A stretch of 64,000 nt of DNA. Source: an uncultured virus (IMG/VR IMGVR_UViG_3300042874_000014) (taxonomy: Duplodnaviria > Heunggongvirae > Uroviricota > Caudoviricetes > Crassvirales). The DNA is taken from the IMG/VR virus record IMGVR_UViG_3300042874_000014; one strand, 5' to 3'. Below, in pieces: positions 40,001 through 62,248 of the stretch. How positions within the stretch are numbered: the first letter of the stretch is position 1; each line of letters opens with the position of its first letter. Under the pieces are notes generated by a model. It saw only the letters and a list, made by a program, of their open reading frames with translations. It searched no databases and was not told the origin of the DNA. The position numbers were made by a program, and so were the translations under genes.

Positions 40001-41201
40001 CTAGATTTTTAAACTTATTAAGTTTTGATAGTTTAGCCCATATACCTATACCTATAAGATTCAAAGGGTCTAATAATATCTCCTCTGCCATATTAGCATC
40101 ATTCTTCTCACCAGTTAGAGCATCACCTATACTATAATCATCTTTATACGACGACTGTACCATTTTAGCAGGTATCGTTAACATAGATAAAGCATTACCT
40201 ATTTGTCCAAGTCCTGATAATACAGGGTGGTCTTTATAATTATTTAGTATTTCTATCTTCTCGTTGCGAGTATAATTACTATTATCCATAATACTTTGTA
40301 TAGCCGCCATAGGATTAACACTACTTAATGCTTCAAAACCTTGTCTAGTATCATTCCATATAGTAGATTGATTTTCAGGTAATTTAGTTAATACTTCCTG
40401 CTCTTTATCAGTGAATGACTCTAACCATGAAACTCTATCTGTATCACCTTGTGGTCTCAACCTCATTAGCTCACGAGCCGTATTTATATCAGCAGCTTCT
40501 TGATACTTACGTATTCCCTCTTGTCTAAGATATTCTCGCCAACTAACAGCGTCAATTCGTTTAGCAGCTTCATGACCAATAGGTGCATTAAATCGTTTCT
40601 CGATGTATGCTTCTAAGTCTAATGGATTGTTTCTCTTATATGCTGCTTCTAGCCTACTACCATCTGTTGCATATACTGATACTTCGGGTATATAACTATT
40701 ACTTGCTGTTAACATACCATCTCTAGCTGCTCTTTCTATAAACTCAGCTTCTGTTAATTTAGCATTAGCGTCTATATTTTTATTATAAACTACTTCTTCA
40801 TCATCGACAGCTATCTGCTTTTTATTTTCAATTATATCAGCTGGAACAACAGGATTATTGGCATTGTTAGTAACTGGTGGGATAATAGGTTTGGCAGCAG
40901 GTTTAGTAGAAGTAGTAGAACCGGTAGTAGATTCTACCGGTTCGTTATCTTCGTTATCTATTACTTCGTCAATCTCAGTAATCACATTTCCTCCCTTACG
41001 GGGGAATCTACTTCCATCATTGGCATATTCTGCGGCAGTAGGTAGTCTATCAATATATTTATCAATACAGTCATGACAGCCACTACTTATATACTTTTGT
41101 ATTTTAGTTCTATCCTTTTTAGGTATTATGACTATATCACCTAATTTGTTTTTAAGTATCAGTTCCGAACCTTCGGCTTCAACATTTATTGTCTTCTTCA
41201 T
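37014..41201 (-). CDS. large protein with Pol-beta-family nucleotidyltransferase motif, coiled coil and TM helix
   Basis: FGSSAL...HDLDFLI...ELDFV; LMAGSAAVGVAGGLVAGISLL. Confidence 0.65.
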   Translation of the reverse strand: MKKTINVEAEGSELILKNKLGDIVIIPKKDRTKIQKYISSGCHDCIDKYIDRLPTAAEYANDGSRFPRKGGNVITEIDEVIDNEDNEPVESTTGSTTSTKPAAKPIIPPVTNNANNPVVPADIIENKKQIAVDDEEVVYNKNIDANAKLTEAEFIERAARDGMLTASNSYIPEVSVYATDGSRLEAAYKRNNPLDLEAYIEKRFNAPIGHEAAKRIDAVSWREYLRQEGIRKYQEAADINTARELMRLRPQGDTDRVSWLESFTDKEQEVLTKLPENQSTIWNDTRQGFEALSSVNPMAAIQSIMDNSNYTRNEKIEILNNYKDHPVLSGLGQIGNALSMLTIPAKMVQSSYKDDYSIGDALTGEKNDANMAEEILLDPLNLIGIGIWAKLSKLNKFKNLGEAYKSVEGLSKASKLQTLRAMANNAVPGLRKLDNTISETANKALDIAIPSRIDNKIALAEAEHSKTIKEMGNLDVTANDTYRLLIDNKNSISDEQAAIKFRAIRDMDQRLNKRDNIRDNTTENKRTKPRYEQGIFTNARDGKIINEAMRVEGDKIIINSSNDANKPAMIIDYATGEEVHFKNTVKPTTETTLSREGEYAENVVDEMHMETKYLKTVSGNKNMVEDMTGGKAFGSSALVIDGKLNHTTHDLDFLITQADYDKNVANKLKHVQDTTFSKKHTINPEFGEQGELDFVIIQSNKKTGKAQGHIANELFRQLDPDAYFAAAEYAIKNNKEIVIPYTAKELLDKTDTVLKTAMDYFISDTPKHGFKIFNMIANTDKAFMRKAQLKHAQGLFGSEVKLAPNFNFKAMSKESKIKLIREMKYDLKEPYLSKIVDDDERMQLLMNEWYVKNTGISRGLDSDKNIAKWLDDSLYGHWKLRTNKGGQLRDVSGLNAVKTGNSKHGDVYANLQLKLKHSDTDPFTMMEEIKRQTDGLAELSPEDLEIVQDIARKYNIPEDKVQKMRCGKDFGKAFLANDDTGKAFDEFTERTGIRIISTDDYGNSTYASIAGKIDRKIEEFKLARETEGGKGIRSRSQRTNEMAIYNENMSFKTKGLTKDELERKLYYFKYRNSSGHKYKSRTNDDDFKTLEGYIKANSATLDIRIAKAKKSFDNLESNKQAIIDKMIANKVEQESATNEQLIKLKAENKVLEENFKTINGELQVYRQRLRDLNNAVHDMVKLQDKYYDTRVQLMAGSAAVGVAGGLVAGISLLDPFDMMPGDDVDEKLLNESSMNLLGGVPGMPNTNGKVSESDLTKYLLDNPDVVQTLLQRNASDEINKTYNNRDSRRKINYLLDILGEDNLGNVQTIMDDKELYKVDEDNLARAVYNLNTILIEHAQQVKKVTDANFMYKQVENNGLRSKNNTMNNIDVHFEKLKEKLKSKSNNNKNFTKTKK
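40983..41010 (-). repeat. dispersed CCCCCGTA motif, copy 9 (inside CDS)
   Basis: cacatttcctcccttacgggggaatcta. Confidence 0.9.
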
Positions 41202-41205
41202 ACGA

Positions 41206-52313
<11,108 letters not shown>

Positions 52314-52314
<1 letters not shown>

Positions 52315-54824
52315 TATTTTAATAGTCCTTGTTGTATATTATAATATTGTCCTGCTGCTGTTTTATAAGCTTTCTTATTTACTCGTCTATCTACATCTGT
52401 AACCCCAGGACCGTTTAACATAGTGTTATACACATTTGTGATATCCAGTGGTGCACTATGATTGATACTAAGCATTACTTTAGGGTCGCCAGCTACTTTT
52501 AAATCAATATACGTTTCTACTAAATCACCAGCTTGTGCACCTAATCCTGAAAGAGGGTCTAAACTATTAGAGTTATTAGCTGTAACTTTATATGAACTAT
52601 AACCATCGCTAGTAACCATTGCTTTATAAATATTATGTCTTAGTTGATTAAAAGGTGTGTCCAATTTATTATTATGCACTATCACAGTCTTACCGTCTAC
52701 TACAACTGACATTAAATCATGAGCTATTGGATTATTAACATTAACGAAACTAATATCACCTATTGATATAGATTTATTAGCACTTGTTGTAAAACCATCA
52801 GCTCCAGTGTCGTATGACCTTAATGTTCTAGGTTTATCTAATAAGCCGTCCGTTTCGTCCCATACTACTACATTAGCATCGGGTGTATCATCTGCCGGAA
52901 ACTTATCAATATCATTAGCTCCCATGACTAAGTCAGAAGCAAAGATAGAGTTTAAACTCTGTATCAAAAAGTTATTTTGTTCTTTAACATCTTTTACTTT
53001 ATTTCCCATTATTTTATTACCCCATTCGCTATATCCTGTTATTTCTACGAAGTGTAAAGCCTTCTCTTTGGCTAAGTAAGCTTCATTAAGATAATGAGCT
53101 TGTGTTGATGTACCACCTTCTGTACCACTCATCACACGCTCGAAATCACCTTGTGGTAATTTGTTATACTGATTAAGTGCTTTATAATATTCCGCTTGAA
53201 CAAAATTACCATCTTTATCAAACATATTAATACCTGCGTCTTTAGCATATAGGACGACTGCATTACTTGTAAATATTCTAGTTTCAGGAGTAGCTTCATC
53301 ACTAGCGGTATTATTAGTGCCATCTACTGTAAAGTAAGCCATAGGTGCATTTTCACGTTTATAGTCTAACCATACTTTATGAACATCATCTTTATCTGAA
53401 CCCTCTAACGTTATTACAGGTTTAGGCTTACCGTTACTATCGTTAGGGTTTGCGGCATATTCGAAATAGTCAATTAGATGCTGTAATTTATTCGGAGCAA
53501 CATATGCTACGTTAAGTCTAGTATCGTCATTCAAGTTTTGCATTTCTTTCATATACTCTACTGGGGTTTGACCACCAAGCGGTACATAACTTGCAATAGT
53601 ACCATCACTTGCCTTAATAGGCATACCTTTTTCAGCAACAGTAAAGAAATCTACAATATCTTCTGTTGTTTTTATATCACTAGGTGTAAACTTGGTTGTA
53701 TTACTAGCTACCTTAGATGGAGGTGTATAACCATAGTCCCTAGCTGCATTAAACGTCTCACCGTCACCTTCCAAAGTACTACTAATATTGTTACCATTAA
53801 CAGCATCGTATAATGACTCTTTACCTTTATATCTACTATCTTGAGTTATCCCTTTATCACTCGTAACAGTAGTGGGAGATGTCGAGCCGTTATCAGTAGC
53901 AGCAGCTTCAGTCGTCCTCTTATTAAGACCCTGTACATCTTCACCGTTTGATATTTGGTCAAAAGCATATTTATTAACAAACATCTTCACTATTGCTTCT
54001 TTATCCTTTAATTTTTGAGGATTATAAACATTACCATTCTCATCAATAGCGTAATGACCCGGTGCTTTAACTTTCATTCTACTATCGTAGTAAGTATTAA
54101 ATTCATTATTTGAATCAAAACTATCTCTAATAAATCTTTCAATATCGGCAGTAGTAACCCATTGATGATTTCTAAATGTACGTTCAATAGCACCTGCTAA
54201 ATCAGGATTACCTGCATAGTTCGCTTGAGTTACCATCTTACTTATGTCCCATTGGTCACTATTAGGTATAAACCCGGCAGTCATAGAGTTATAAAATGTT
54301 AAAGGATTTATAATATCACTAACTGTATAAGGTGTATGACCACCAACTATAATATTAGGATTAGTCTCATCGGCTGTAACTTTTTTATACTGCGATTGTA
54401 TATACTCTTTATTAGCTTTTACTTCCTCAGGTGTTAGTTTACCTTCTATTTCTTTTTTATCAAGTTCTGCGTAATTAGTGTTTACTCTAGCTTGTTCAGC
54501 AAGAGCTTTATGTAATACTCTATTAGATGCGTACTTGTTTGTCATATCAGATAGTATATCACCTGATTGCTCATATAGATTATTATCGTGAATATACTTC
54601 ATAGATTCATTATAATCATTTAGTATCTGTTCTTTTAATGCTATATCTTCCTTATTAACATCTAAGTTATTTAAGATAGCATTCATCTCTGTATCCTGTG
54701 TCTGTTTATTAGTGTATGAAGCATCTACTCTATCATACATCGCTTTTATGTCCGTTAATGGCATACCGACATATTGCGGTCTTGTCTCGGCATACGATAA
54801 TAAGTTCATTACATCTCTAGGCAT
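52314..54824 (-). CDS. virion cargo/ejection protein
   Basis: 836 aa; lies between the cargo gene and vRNAP; N-terminal YV.MP...helical region. Confidence 0.6.
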
Positions 54825-54848
54825 TGTTTTAATTGTTTAATTGTTTAT

Positions 54849-54888
54849 AAAAAAATAACGTTACCACTTTTAAAAGCAGTAACGTTAA
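54849..54888 (-). terminator. intrinsic terminator
   Basis: On minus strand, taacgttactgc...gtggtaacgtta followed by T7. Confidence 0.6.
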
Positions 54889-54932
54889 AGTATTGAAAAC
54901 TATTACACGACCATCGGGCGTATCTAACTTTT

Positions 54933-56783
54933 TTATTCAGCTAGTTTTTTAGCTAGTTTATCAGCAAGGTCTGCATCATGTGCCTTACCTGTTGCTCTCA
55001 AATCACTAATAGTAGCTTGAACCATAGCTGGCGAATATGACTTTATGTTTATACTATCACTAAGCATAGTGTTAGCCATAGCTCTAGGTGTCGCATTAGT
55101 AGTACCCTCTTTCATAGCTTCTAATGACATCTTATCTTTATTATACAACATGTTGTTGTCATTAAATCTAACAGCATCATCTTGTAGATTAGCAGCGTTT
55201 GCACTGTGCATTGATATATAACCTAAATCTTTAGCGTATCTATTATCTTCATGCTTATCCATTTTACCTGTATTAGCTGAACCAACAATATAATCATAAT
55301 ATGCTTTCTTATTACCTAATTCAGTTTCTTGATTATGTTTAGTTCCATAGAGCTTATTACTAGCGTCAATACCGCTTACCATATTAGCTCTAGCTCTAGC
55401 TGACACATTATTAGAATTAGCACTATTGTCAGCAATCATAGTATTAGCGGCAGCTTGTTGTTCACGAATACTATTAAGTTCTGGACGTATGTCATACTCT
55501 GTATTCATATAAGGTGTTCTATTCAATGTATATTTAGGCAACGGTGTATTCTTATACTTATTGGCTAAATATAAATTAGCAGCGTTGTCTATCAAACTTA
55601 AAGCGTCATAGGCAGCACCAGGTCTAGCACCACTTACTTTAGCTTCACCTCCGCCTTCTTTCTCGTCTTCGTTTGTATCAGTTTCATCATTCGCTTTAGC
55701 ATTCTCTTTAGCTGTACTGGTAACATTACCCGAACCGTCTATATATCTATCGTTATTGTCATTACGAAATAAATTCATAGCTCTTTGCATAAATGGTAAT
55801 TTCTTACGAGGTGCTTCACCGTATGAGTACATAGGTACACCATCATAAGCAGATTCTATATCAGCCCCTGTTGCAAACATAGGTGCAGAACCTTCATCGA
55901 TAGGTATTGCTTGACCACCTTGTGGCATACCTTGTGGCATACCTTGTGGCATAATGCCCGACATTCCTTCACCACCAGCCGGCATACCTTGTCCCATACC
56001 CTGCGGCATACCACCAGCTCCTACATTACCATTACTTTGTTGTTGAGTAGCGAATACTTCTTGTATCTTACTATCTATTTCAGCAATACCTGATTCAAGA
56101 ATACTCATCTTAGTCGCCACCTTTTCTAATTCTCTATCGTATTTATTACGCTCAAACATGTCGATAGCGTTACTCTTCTTAACTTCTAGGGCATCGATAG
56201 ATTCACTTAGTACTTTAATGTCATGCTCGAGTTTACCTTTTTGTTTCTCTAAAGGTGCAGTAAGTGTACTAGCTCCTGATTGGGCACTATCTATTTGAAG
56301 ATTACCATCAGGTGATTTACGCATAACCTCACCACCCTCTACTTCACCAATCGGTGTCTGAATACCTCCCTCAGCATGACTATTACCAGCCATCATAACT
56401 GATTCATCGTTTAACGGAATAGCTTGTCCGCCAGACATAGGTTGCATAGCAGGGTCAGGTACAACTCCACCAGTAGCATAATATCTATCATATATACTCT
56501 TTTGATATGATTGATTATAGGCTACATCGTATATACCTTTAGCCTTAGCTTCCATCTGTAATCTAGTCTGTTCAACATCTTTTTCTTTTTCTTCGGCAGT
56601 CTTACTTTTAAGATAACCACTAGCAGCTCCAACAGCAGCTCCTGCCGCCATACCCCAAGGTCCAGCAGCACTACCCATGCTAGCACCTTGAGCAGCTCCT
56701 TCTAATATAGCACCCGAGCCATACTTAGCCGTAGGTTCAATATAAACAGGTCTAACTACTTTACGCTTTGTTGTAAATTTCAT
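54933..56783 (-). CDS. virion cargo protein (glycine-zipper TM, GxSHxxGGI...EVEGGE motif)
   Basis: GAAQGASMGSAAGPWGMAAGAAVG; YATGG/FATGA repeats; GMPQ repeats. Confidence 0.7.
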   Translation of the reverse strand: MKFTTKRKVVRPVYIEPTAKYGSGAILEGAAQGASMGSAAGPWGMAAGAAVGAASGYLKSKTAEEKEKDVEQTRLQMEAKAKGIYDVAYNQSYQKSIYDRYYATGGVVPDPAMQPMSGGQAIPLNDESVMMAGNSHAEGGIQTPIGEVEGGEVMRKSPDGNLQIDSAQSGASTLTAPLEKQKGKLEHDIKVLSESIDALEVKKSNAIDMFERNKYDRELEKVATKMSILESGIAEIDSKIQEVFATQQQSNGNVGAGGMPQGMGQGMPAGGEGMSGIMPQGMPQGMPQGGQAIPIDEGSAPMFATGADIESAYDGVPMYSYGEAPRKKLPFMQRAMNLFRNDNNDRYIDGSGNVTSTAKENAKANDETDTNEDEKEGGGEAKVSGARPGAAYDALSLIDNAANLYLANKYKNTPLPKYTLNRTPYMNTEYDIRPELNSIREQQAAANTMIADNSANSNNVSARARANMVSGIDASNKLYGTKHNQETELGNKKAYYDYIVGSANTGKMDKHEDNRYAKDLGYISMHSANAANLQDDAVRFNDNNMLYNKDKMSLEAMKEGTTNATPRAMANTMLSDSINIKSYSPAMVQATISDLRATGKAHDADLADKLAKKLAE

Positions 56784-56894
56784 ATTGTTACTATTTAATT
56801 AATTATTGATTTATATGTATTATGTATATTACGTGTCTAATCTATATTATATGTCTAATGTACATTACGTAGATACGTAGATACTTGTCTAATG

Positions 56895-57005
56895 TAAATT
56901 CCCCCGTAAGGGAGGATATGTGCGACTTATGCTATTTTAAGTAAACCTTAGCATACTTTAGCATACATCAATAGCACATACTTCTCACCTACGGGGGAAT
57001 GTTCT
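56895..57005. repeat. inverted pair of CCCCCGTA motifs (copies 11 and 12)
   Basis: ttcccccgtaagggaggatatgtgc ... gcacatacttctcacctacgggggaa. Confidence 0.9.
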
Positions 57006-57386
57006 ATTATCTTTGACTCTTCGTAATCTTAGATATTATATCAATCTACTATTATCACTTGTTATATAATCAAATACATCACTACTTCTAATAACAGATT
57101 TTGGTCGGACAATTAGGTCATCTGCCGTGCTAATTCTTGTATTATGTATTCGTTTGTATTTTACGTTCTATGTTGGCTATGTATAACTCTGTTTACAGAT
57201 TATATATAGCATACCTAACCCTACTAATCGCTTTTAATTGCTGGCTAAAAGTAATGTTTTTTTATGACAAATCCAAATTTTTGATATATTATTTTTAAAA
57301 TTTTATTATATTATTTATTTAAACATATACCTTATTATTGCCTATATACTATATATTGTTTCTAGTTATACCTTATTTATTATAAG

Positions 57387-60300
57387 TTATCTATGTGCTT
57401 TCCTTGTCTTTGATGCTATACTATTTAGTATAACTTTTAGATTATCTTTATTATCTATTATTAATCTTACTACTACATATTTAGATATAAATTCACTCTT
57501 GTCAAACCAGTCTTTTTGAACCTGTATATCGTTGTCTAATTTGGTATGGTCTATTACACCTCTGTATGATATAAAGGGCTGTAAGTTGTTTATTATGGCA
57601 TCTCTGAACTCGTTAAAGTACCAAGTAGCTGTTACTTCACGCCCACTTTCTTGCTCAAACCATTCTTGATTAGTTTTGTTTATTTCTAATCTATTTGTAC
57701 ATTGATTATCATCGTAAATATATAAGGCTGATATTGTCTTGTTAGGTATCAAAACATTGTCGGAATCAAGTACTTCCGTTTCAAAGCTGATACTTTCAAA
57801 TATTTTGTCTACATCAATAGGTTCTTTAAGGATTATATCTACATATGATTCATTTATCGTATCGTCTGTATATACACCATAATTACCATTATTCATAACA
57901 AATAAGTTGTTATTATCTATCATACTTATCTTATTACGATTGTTCATATATACGCTAGGATTGTAGTCATGTTCTGCGACCCAACCAGATAACGCTATGT
58001 CGTAACTCATAGTCATATTGTTTAGCAAATTACCATTATATAATCTTATTGTAACTGCTGGTTGCAATATATATATAATTGATATACTATTAGGTAATGT
58101 ATAGATAGCTAATTGTTTACCGTTAGCATTAATAACAGGTAGTGTTATATTAGTCCAAGTGTTATCTACAAACAATCTTATTGTAATTGTTTCGTATATT
58201 GCAGTATCTAATATCTCAAATGTTAGTACTGTACCTGAATCTAAGATACTATTATATTGACCATCTGTAATATCGGCAAGAGGATAGGCATCTTTTATTG
58301 TCAAGATTAATCTATTATTATAGTCGTCCATTGTTGTTATAATACCAGACCTAGTATACGGATTATCTTGATTGTTACTCATTTGTAAAGCCTTATCAAA
58401 CCAAGTAGCCATTTCTATATTTTGTAACTCTTGTAACTCTTTACCGTTAAATAGTCCTATTATTCTACGATTGACATCTATTGCTAAATAACCTATACGT
58501 GTTACGATATTAGCTATACTATTGACAGTACCGAAATATCCATTCTTATCTAGTATTATCTCGTTTGGTTCTCTATCGAATATATCACCTTTACCTAAGT
58601 ATGAATTTTCAGTAGCACTTAATTCTAAAACGTCTTTAACCTTAGCTATAAATAGTGAGAACTCAGTATGTATAATTAACACGTCCGTTAAACTTTCTAA
58701 TTTACGTATAGCACCTTTGTTCTTAGGCATCTCATAATACTCATCTTCTCTGAAGTTACGCCAGTTTATTAGTTGCGATTCATTACCTTGTTTAGGACTT
58801 CTCGCTATCCTATATGGGAATTTATATAGATGTAATATAGTAGGATTATTTATAGCACTTGACTTGAACTCATTTAATATACTATAATCAATATTATAAT
58901 CCCATGTTGTATGAATATCTGATAAGTTGAATGTAGTCAATGAACCGTTCATCTCGTCTAGTTTAGCTAGATAATTACCTGCATCATTTCTAGGATAAAA
59001 CATTTTATCATCATCGTTACCGTGTCGTAAGCCTACGTTAGCGAATGTTCTAACAGGTATTGCGATATATGATTCAATCATATCGTATATAATACGTTTA
59101 TAATATAGTGAGAAATATGTATCGCCGCCGTAGTGCTTTAATGCTAAGGTATTCGCTAATAATCCTTGATTCATAGAGTAATCGTCTAAGTATATCAATA
59201 GACCCGTAGATACTAAAGTTTGATTGTAGAAGTCTTTATACATATTTCTATAATAGTTACTTAATGTACCTATTGAGAAAGCAGGTATTTCTCTATCTAC
59301 GTTAAACGTGGCTGCGATAGCCTCTTCTCGTTTATCATTATCATATACACCTTTTTTATTATTAGGTGCTACAAATTCAGCTTTACTATATTCTCTGTGT
59401 CTATGGGCAGTAGTGAAGCAATAAGTATCAGTTAATAGATTGTACTCATAGTTATTATTTGCTTGATTATTCAACGCTACCATTTGAGTGTGCATATCTA
59501 AATACTTACCTTTAGCATTAGCTTTACCACCAGCGAATAAATCAAAAGGGTGCATCTTAAAAATACTATGAGGATTACTTATAATTTCAGCTTGTGTACT
59601 ACCTAACAATGGTGAATCTTCCGTTATCTTCGACGCATTGAATATATCACGTTTAGCATAGAAGAACTCTAAGGCTTGTAACTTATCATTAGCTTCATGA
59701 GGTATAATTATATTACCGAACTTTAAGCCTAGTACTCGACCGAACATAGAACCATCTAAATCAAGATTTAATTCACTTATGTCAAACACATCTAATCTTA
59801 ACGTATTGCTAATTATATTAATATCTAGTTCGTGATTGTCAGCAGATAACAGATACGACGGATTGTCGTTAAGTGGAACACCTACTTCACTATGACCTAG
59901 TAACATACGAAACACAAGCGATTCTCCTAATTCTAAATATATAGTTTCATCTATTGTTATAGAACCAGAGTATGCTTGGTGATTCTCTGTTACAAACACT
60001 AATGTTTGATTACTGTACTCTATTAGATTGCCATCGTAGTTTAAATAATTAGTTTTATTAGTTGTAGCTTTATATACACCTATTGATATTAATTCAGGTA
60101 CTACGTCATCTTGTTGACCAAAGTTACAACCTGAGGTACCACCACGTAAAGCATTCCATAAGAACGTTATTGTACCTGTTACTCTAACAACTACTGATTG
60201 CTTAGCTTTGAATAATGTATTAGCCCCACTACTATCCAAATGTGAAGTAGAACTAATAGCTGTTAATTCTTTATCGTTATTGGCATTATAGTTATTACCG

Positions 60301-62246
60301 TGAATAGTACATGTATCATTAACTATACCTGAATAACCAGTAGGTTCAATATCATTTATACCGAATGTATTTCTTAATCTATTTTCACCACTAATTCCAT
60401 CGGTTACGTTAAAATAATGATAAGCCCTATTGAAACACATACCTAGAAAGAAGTTATGATACATAGCAAAGTATGTAGTACCGGGATGCTGTGCTGCATA
60501 TACCATACCAGCTGTGCTAAAAGCAAACTTCATATTACTGAATTGTTTACTTTCTAAGAACTCATTATTGATAGTGGTAGTAATAGGTATTATCTTTAAT
60601 ACGTTATGTACGTGAGTTCTAGCGTAAGTACTAGAGCCAAAAGCACTCGTATAATCATCTGTTACTTCATAGCTGTTATCTGTTAATGAGGCAGCACTCT
60701 GTAAGTTAGGCACTAAGTCTATACTAACAGTAGGTGGCATATTAGCGAACGTTTGACCTATTATATTCTCGATAGTATCTATTGCATTAAATTGGCAATT
60801 AAGATAATTAGCATCTGGGAACTTATGATGTCTTACGTTACCTGTTAAACCTTGCATAGTACTTGGATATATTTCATCTTCGTTATGCCAGTACCCCATT
60901 CGACCAGTAGTCGGACTAGTAAGTGCTACAATAGTTTCAAATTGAAATCGTTTACCATCACCGTTACTTATGCTTACACATTCAGAGAAATTAGCATCGT
61001 TAGCCACTGGTTGTAAATCATTAGCTAGAGGTAGTCTACCCGGAATATGATAACTTTTTGTAAGCTTTCCTGAGTTAAGTCTACCGGCAACATATAAAGC
61101 TACTACTTCACCCGGCATAAAACCTGTTCTATGAAACACCATTAAAGGATTTTTATAAGAACCTTTTAAACCATCTAGTGAGATAGGGTCTTCGTACACC
61201 CATTGCACATCTATACTATTAGCCATCTCTTGTAGGTTCACACTATCGCCGTCTTCTATTGATGCTACGACTAGCCTATCTTCTATAACAGTACCAGTAT
61301 CAACTTTATACATAAGTGCTGAATCTATAATAATATCAGCTTTTGAAATCTCTATAAAGTTCTTACCGTCAAGTATTACAATATCCTCACTACCGTCTAC
61401 GTTTAAAGTATCGGCAGAATAAGCTCGTTGTATGCCCTCAACACTTGTGTATACCACTACTTGATATTTCTCAAACTTAATATCTAAATTATCTATTTTA
61501 ATCTTTATAGCTTTAGATGTTCTAGTGTTACCTTTATCACCCATGTAATTACTAAATTCATCATTACCTACGGAAGGTGTTATAACAATAGGTCTACTAA
61601 AGTTAGATACTAATGTCATATCTCCATCTTTGTACAAATATCGAATACCTACTAAATATGAGCCAGTCTTCATTACTCCGTTATTATCTTCAACAGATAG
61701 TAAATTGAATCGTGGAACTTTAATATTAGAATGTTGATAAATTAAACTTATCTCATCATTAGCATTAGTAGTTAATTCTTTATTTGCGTCTAATGGGTCT
61801 ATGAATGGTAGAGTATTTATATTAAGTATGCACAATCTATTTGAATTAGTTTCTATACCATTCCACCAAGATATGATTAAATCTTTGTTTCTATCATAGG
61901 TATATTTCCCACTTACGGGGGGATGTTCGTCATACTGCATATGTTTAGTTCTCAAAATAGTCTTAAGATTATTGTCTAAATCGAATGTTTCTATTTTAAA
62001 GAATTTCATATAACCTGCGGTATGTTCAATCTCACCACCCATACCTGTGGAGAATATAACACTAAGCTCTGGGGTATCTATCTTACCTATGAATGTAAAC
62101 TCTAGTTTATCATGTTTAGAAAATCCAAGTTCGTTAGATATAGACTTATTGTCATTATTAACTACTATATTTCTAGCATGATTCCAAGAGCCGTGCTCAT
62201 TCTTGTTAATCCGTTTATCTTTCGATAATCTTTTATTAATATCCAT
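57387..62246 (-). CDS. tail stabilization/muzzle protein
   Basis: 1619 aa beta-rich; W.HARNI...NE.G N-terminus, G.GDIF, W.AEHDY.P, W.FNEFRD; crAss gene order. Confidence 0.75.
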   Translation of the reverse strand: MDINKRLSKDKRINKNEHGSWNHARNIVVNNDNKSISNELGFSKHDKLEFTFIGKIDTPELSVIFSTGMGGEIEHTAGYMKFFKIETFDLDNNLKTILRTKHMQYDEHPPVSGKYTYDRNKDLIISWWNGIETNSNRLCILNINTLPFIDPLDANKELTTNANDEISLIYQHSNIKVPRFNLLSVEDNNGVMKTGSYLVGIRYLYKDGDMTLVSNFSRPIVITPSVGNDEFSNYMGDKGNTRTSKAIKIKIDNLDIKFEKYQVVVYTSVEGIQRAYSADTLNVDGSEDIVILDGKNFIEISKADIIIDSALMYKVDTGTVIEDRLVVASIEDGDSVNLQEMANSIDVQWVYEDPISLDGLKGSYKNPLMVFHRTGFMPGEVVALYVAGRLNSGKLTKSYHIPGRLPLANDLQPVANDANFSECVSISNGDGKRFQFETIVALTSPTTGRMGYWHNEDEIYPSTMQGLTGNVRHHKFPDANYLNCQFNAIDTIENIIGQTFANMPPTVSIDLVPNLQSAASLTDNSYEVTDDYTSAFGSSTYARTHVHNVLKIIPITTTINNEFLESKQFSNMKFAFSTAGMVYAAQHPGTTYFAMYHNFFLGMCFNRAYHYFNVTDGISGENRLRNTFGINDIEPTGYSGIVNDTCTIHGNNYNANNDKELTAISSTSHLDSSGANTLFKAKQSVVVRVTGTITFLWNALRGGTSGCNFGQQDDVVPELISIGVYKATTNKTNYLNYDGNLIEYSNQTLVFVTENHQAYSGSITIDETIYLELGESLVFRMLLGHSEVGVPLNDNPSYLLSADNHELDINIISNTLRLDVFDISELNLDLDGSMFGRVLGLKFGNIIIPHEANDKLQALEFFYAKRDIFNASKITEDSPLLGSTQAEIISNPHSIFKMHPFDLFAGGKANAKGKYLDMHTQMVALNNQANNNYEYNLLTDTYCFTTAHRHREYSKAEFVAPNNKKGVYDNDKREEAIAATFNVDREIPAFSIGTLSNYYRNMYKDFYNQTLVSTGLLIYLDDYSMNQGLLANTLALKHYGGDTYFSLYYKRIIYDMIESYIAIPVRTFANVGLRHGNDDDKMFYPRNDAGNYLAKLDEMNGSLTTFNLSDIHTTWDYNIDYSILNEFKSSAINNPTILHLYKFPYRIARSPKQGNESQLINWRNFREDEYYEMPKNKGAIRKLESLTDVLIIHTEFSLFIAKVKDVLELSATENSYLGKGDIFDREPNEIILDKNGYFGTVNSIANIVTRIGYLAIDVNRRIIGLFNGKELQELQNIEMATWFDKALQMSNNQDNPYTRSGIITTMDDYNNRLILTIKDAYPLADITDGQYNSILDSGTVLTFEILDTAIYETITIRLFVDNTWTNITLPVINANGKQLAIYTLPNSISIIYILQPAVTIRLYNGNLLNNMTMSYDIALSGWVAEHDYNPSVYMNNRNKISMIDNNNLFVMNNGNYGVYTDDTINESYVDIILKEPIDVDKIFESISFETEVLDSDNVLIPNKTISALYIYDDNQCTNRLEINKTNQEWFEQESGREVTATWYFNEFRDAIINNLQPFISYRGVIDHTKLDNDIQVQKDWFDKSEFISKYVVVRLIIDNKDNLKVILNSIASKTRKAHR
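61899..61928 (-). repeat. dispersed CCCCCGTA motif, copy 13 (inside tail gene)
   Basis: ggtatatttcccacttacggggggatgttc. Confidence 0.85.
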
Positions 62247-62248
62247 GT

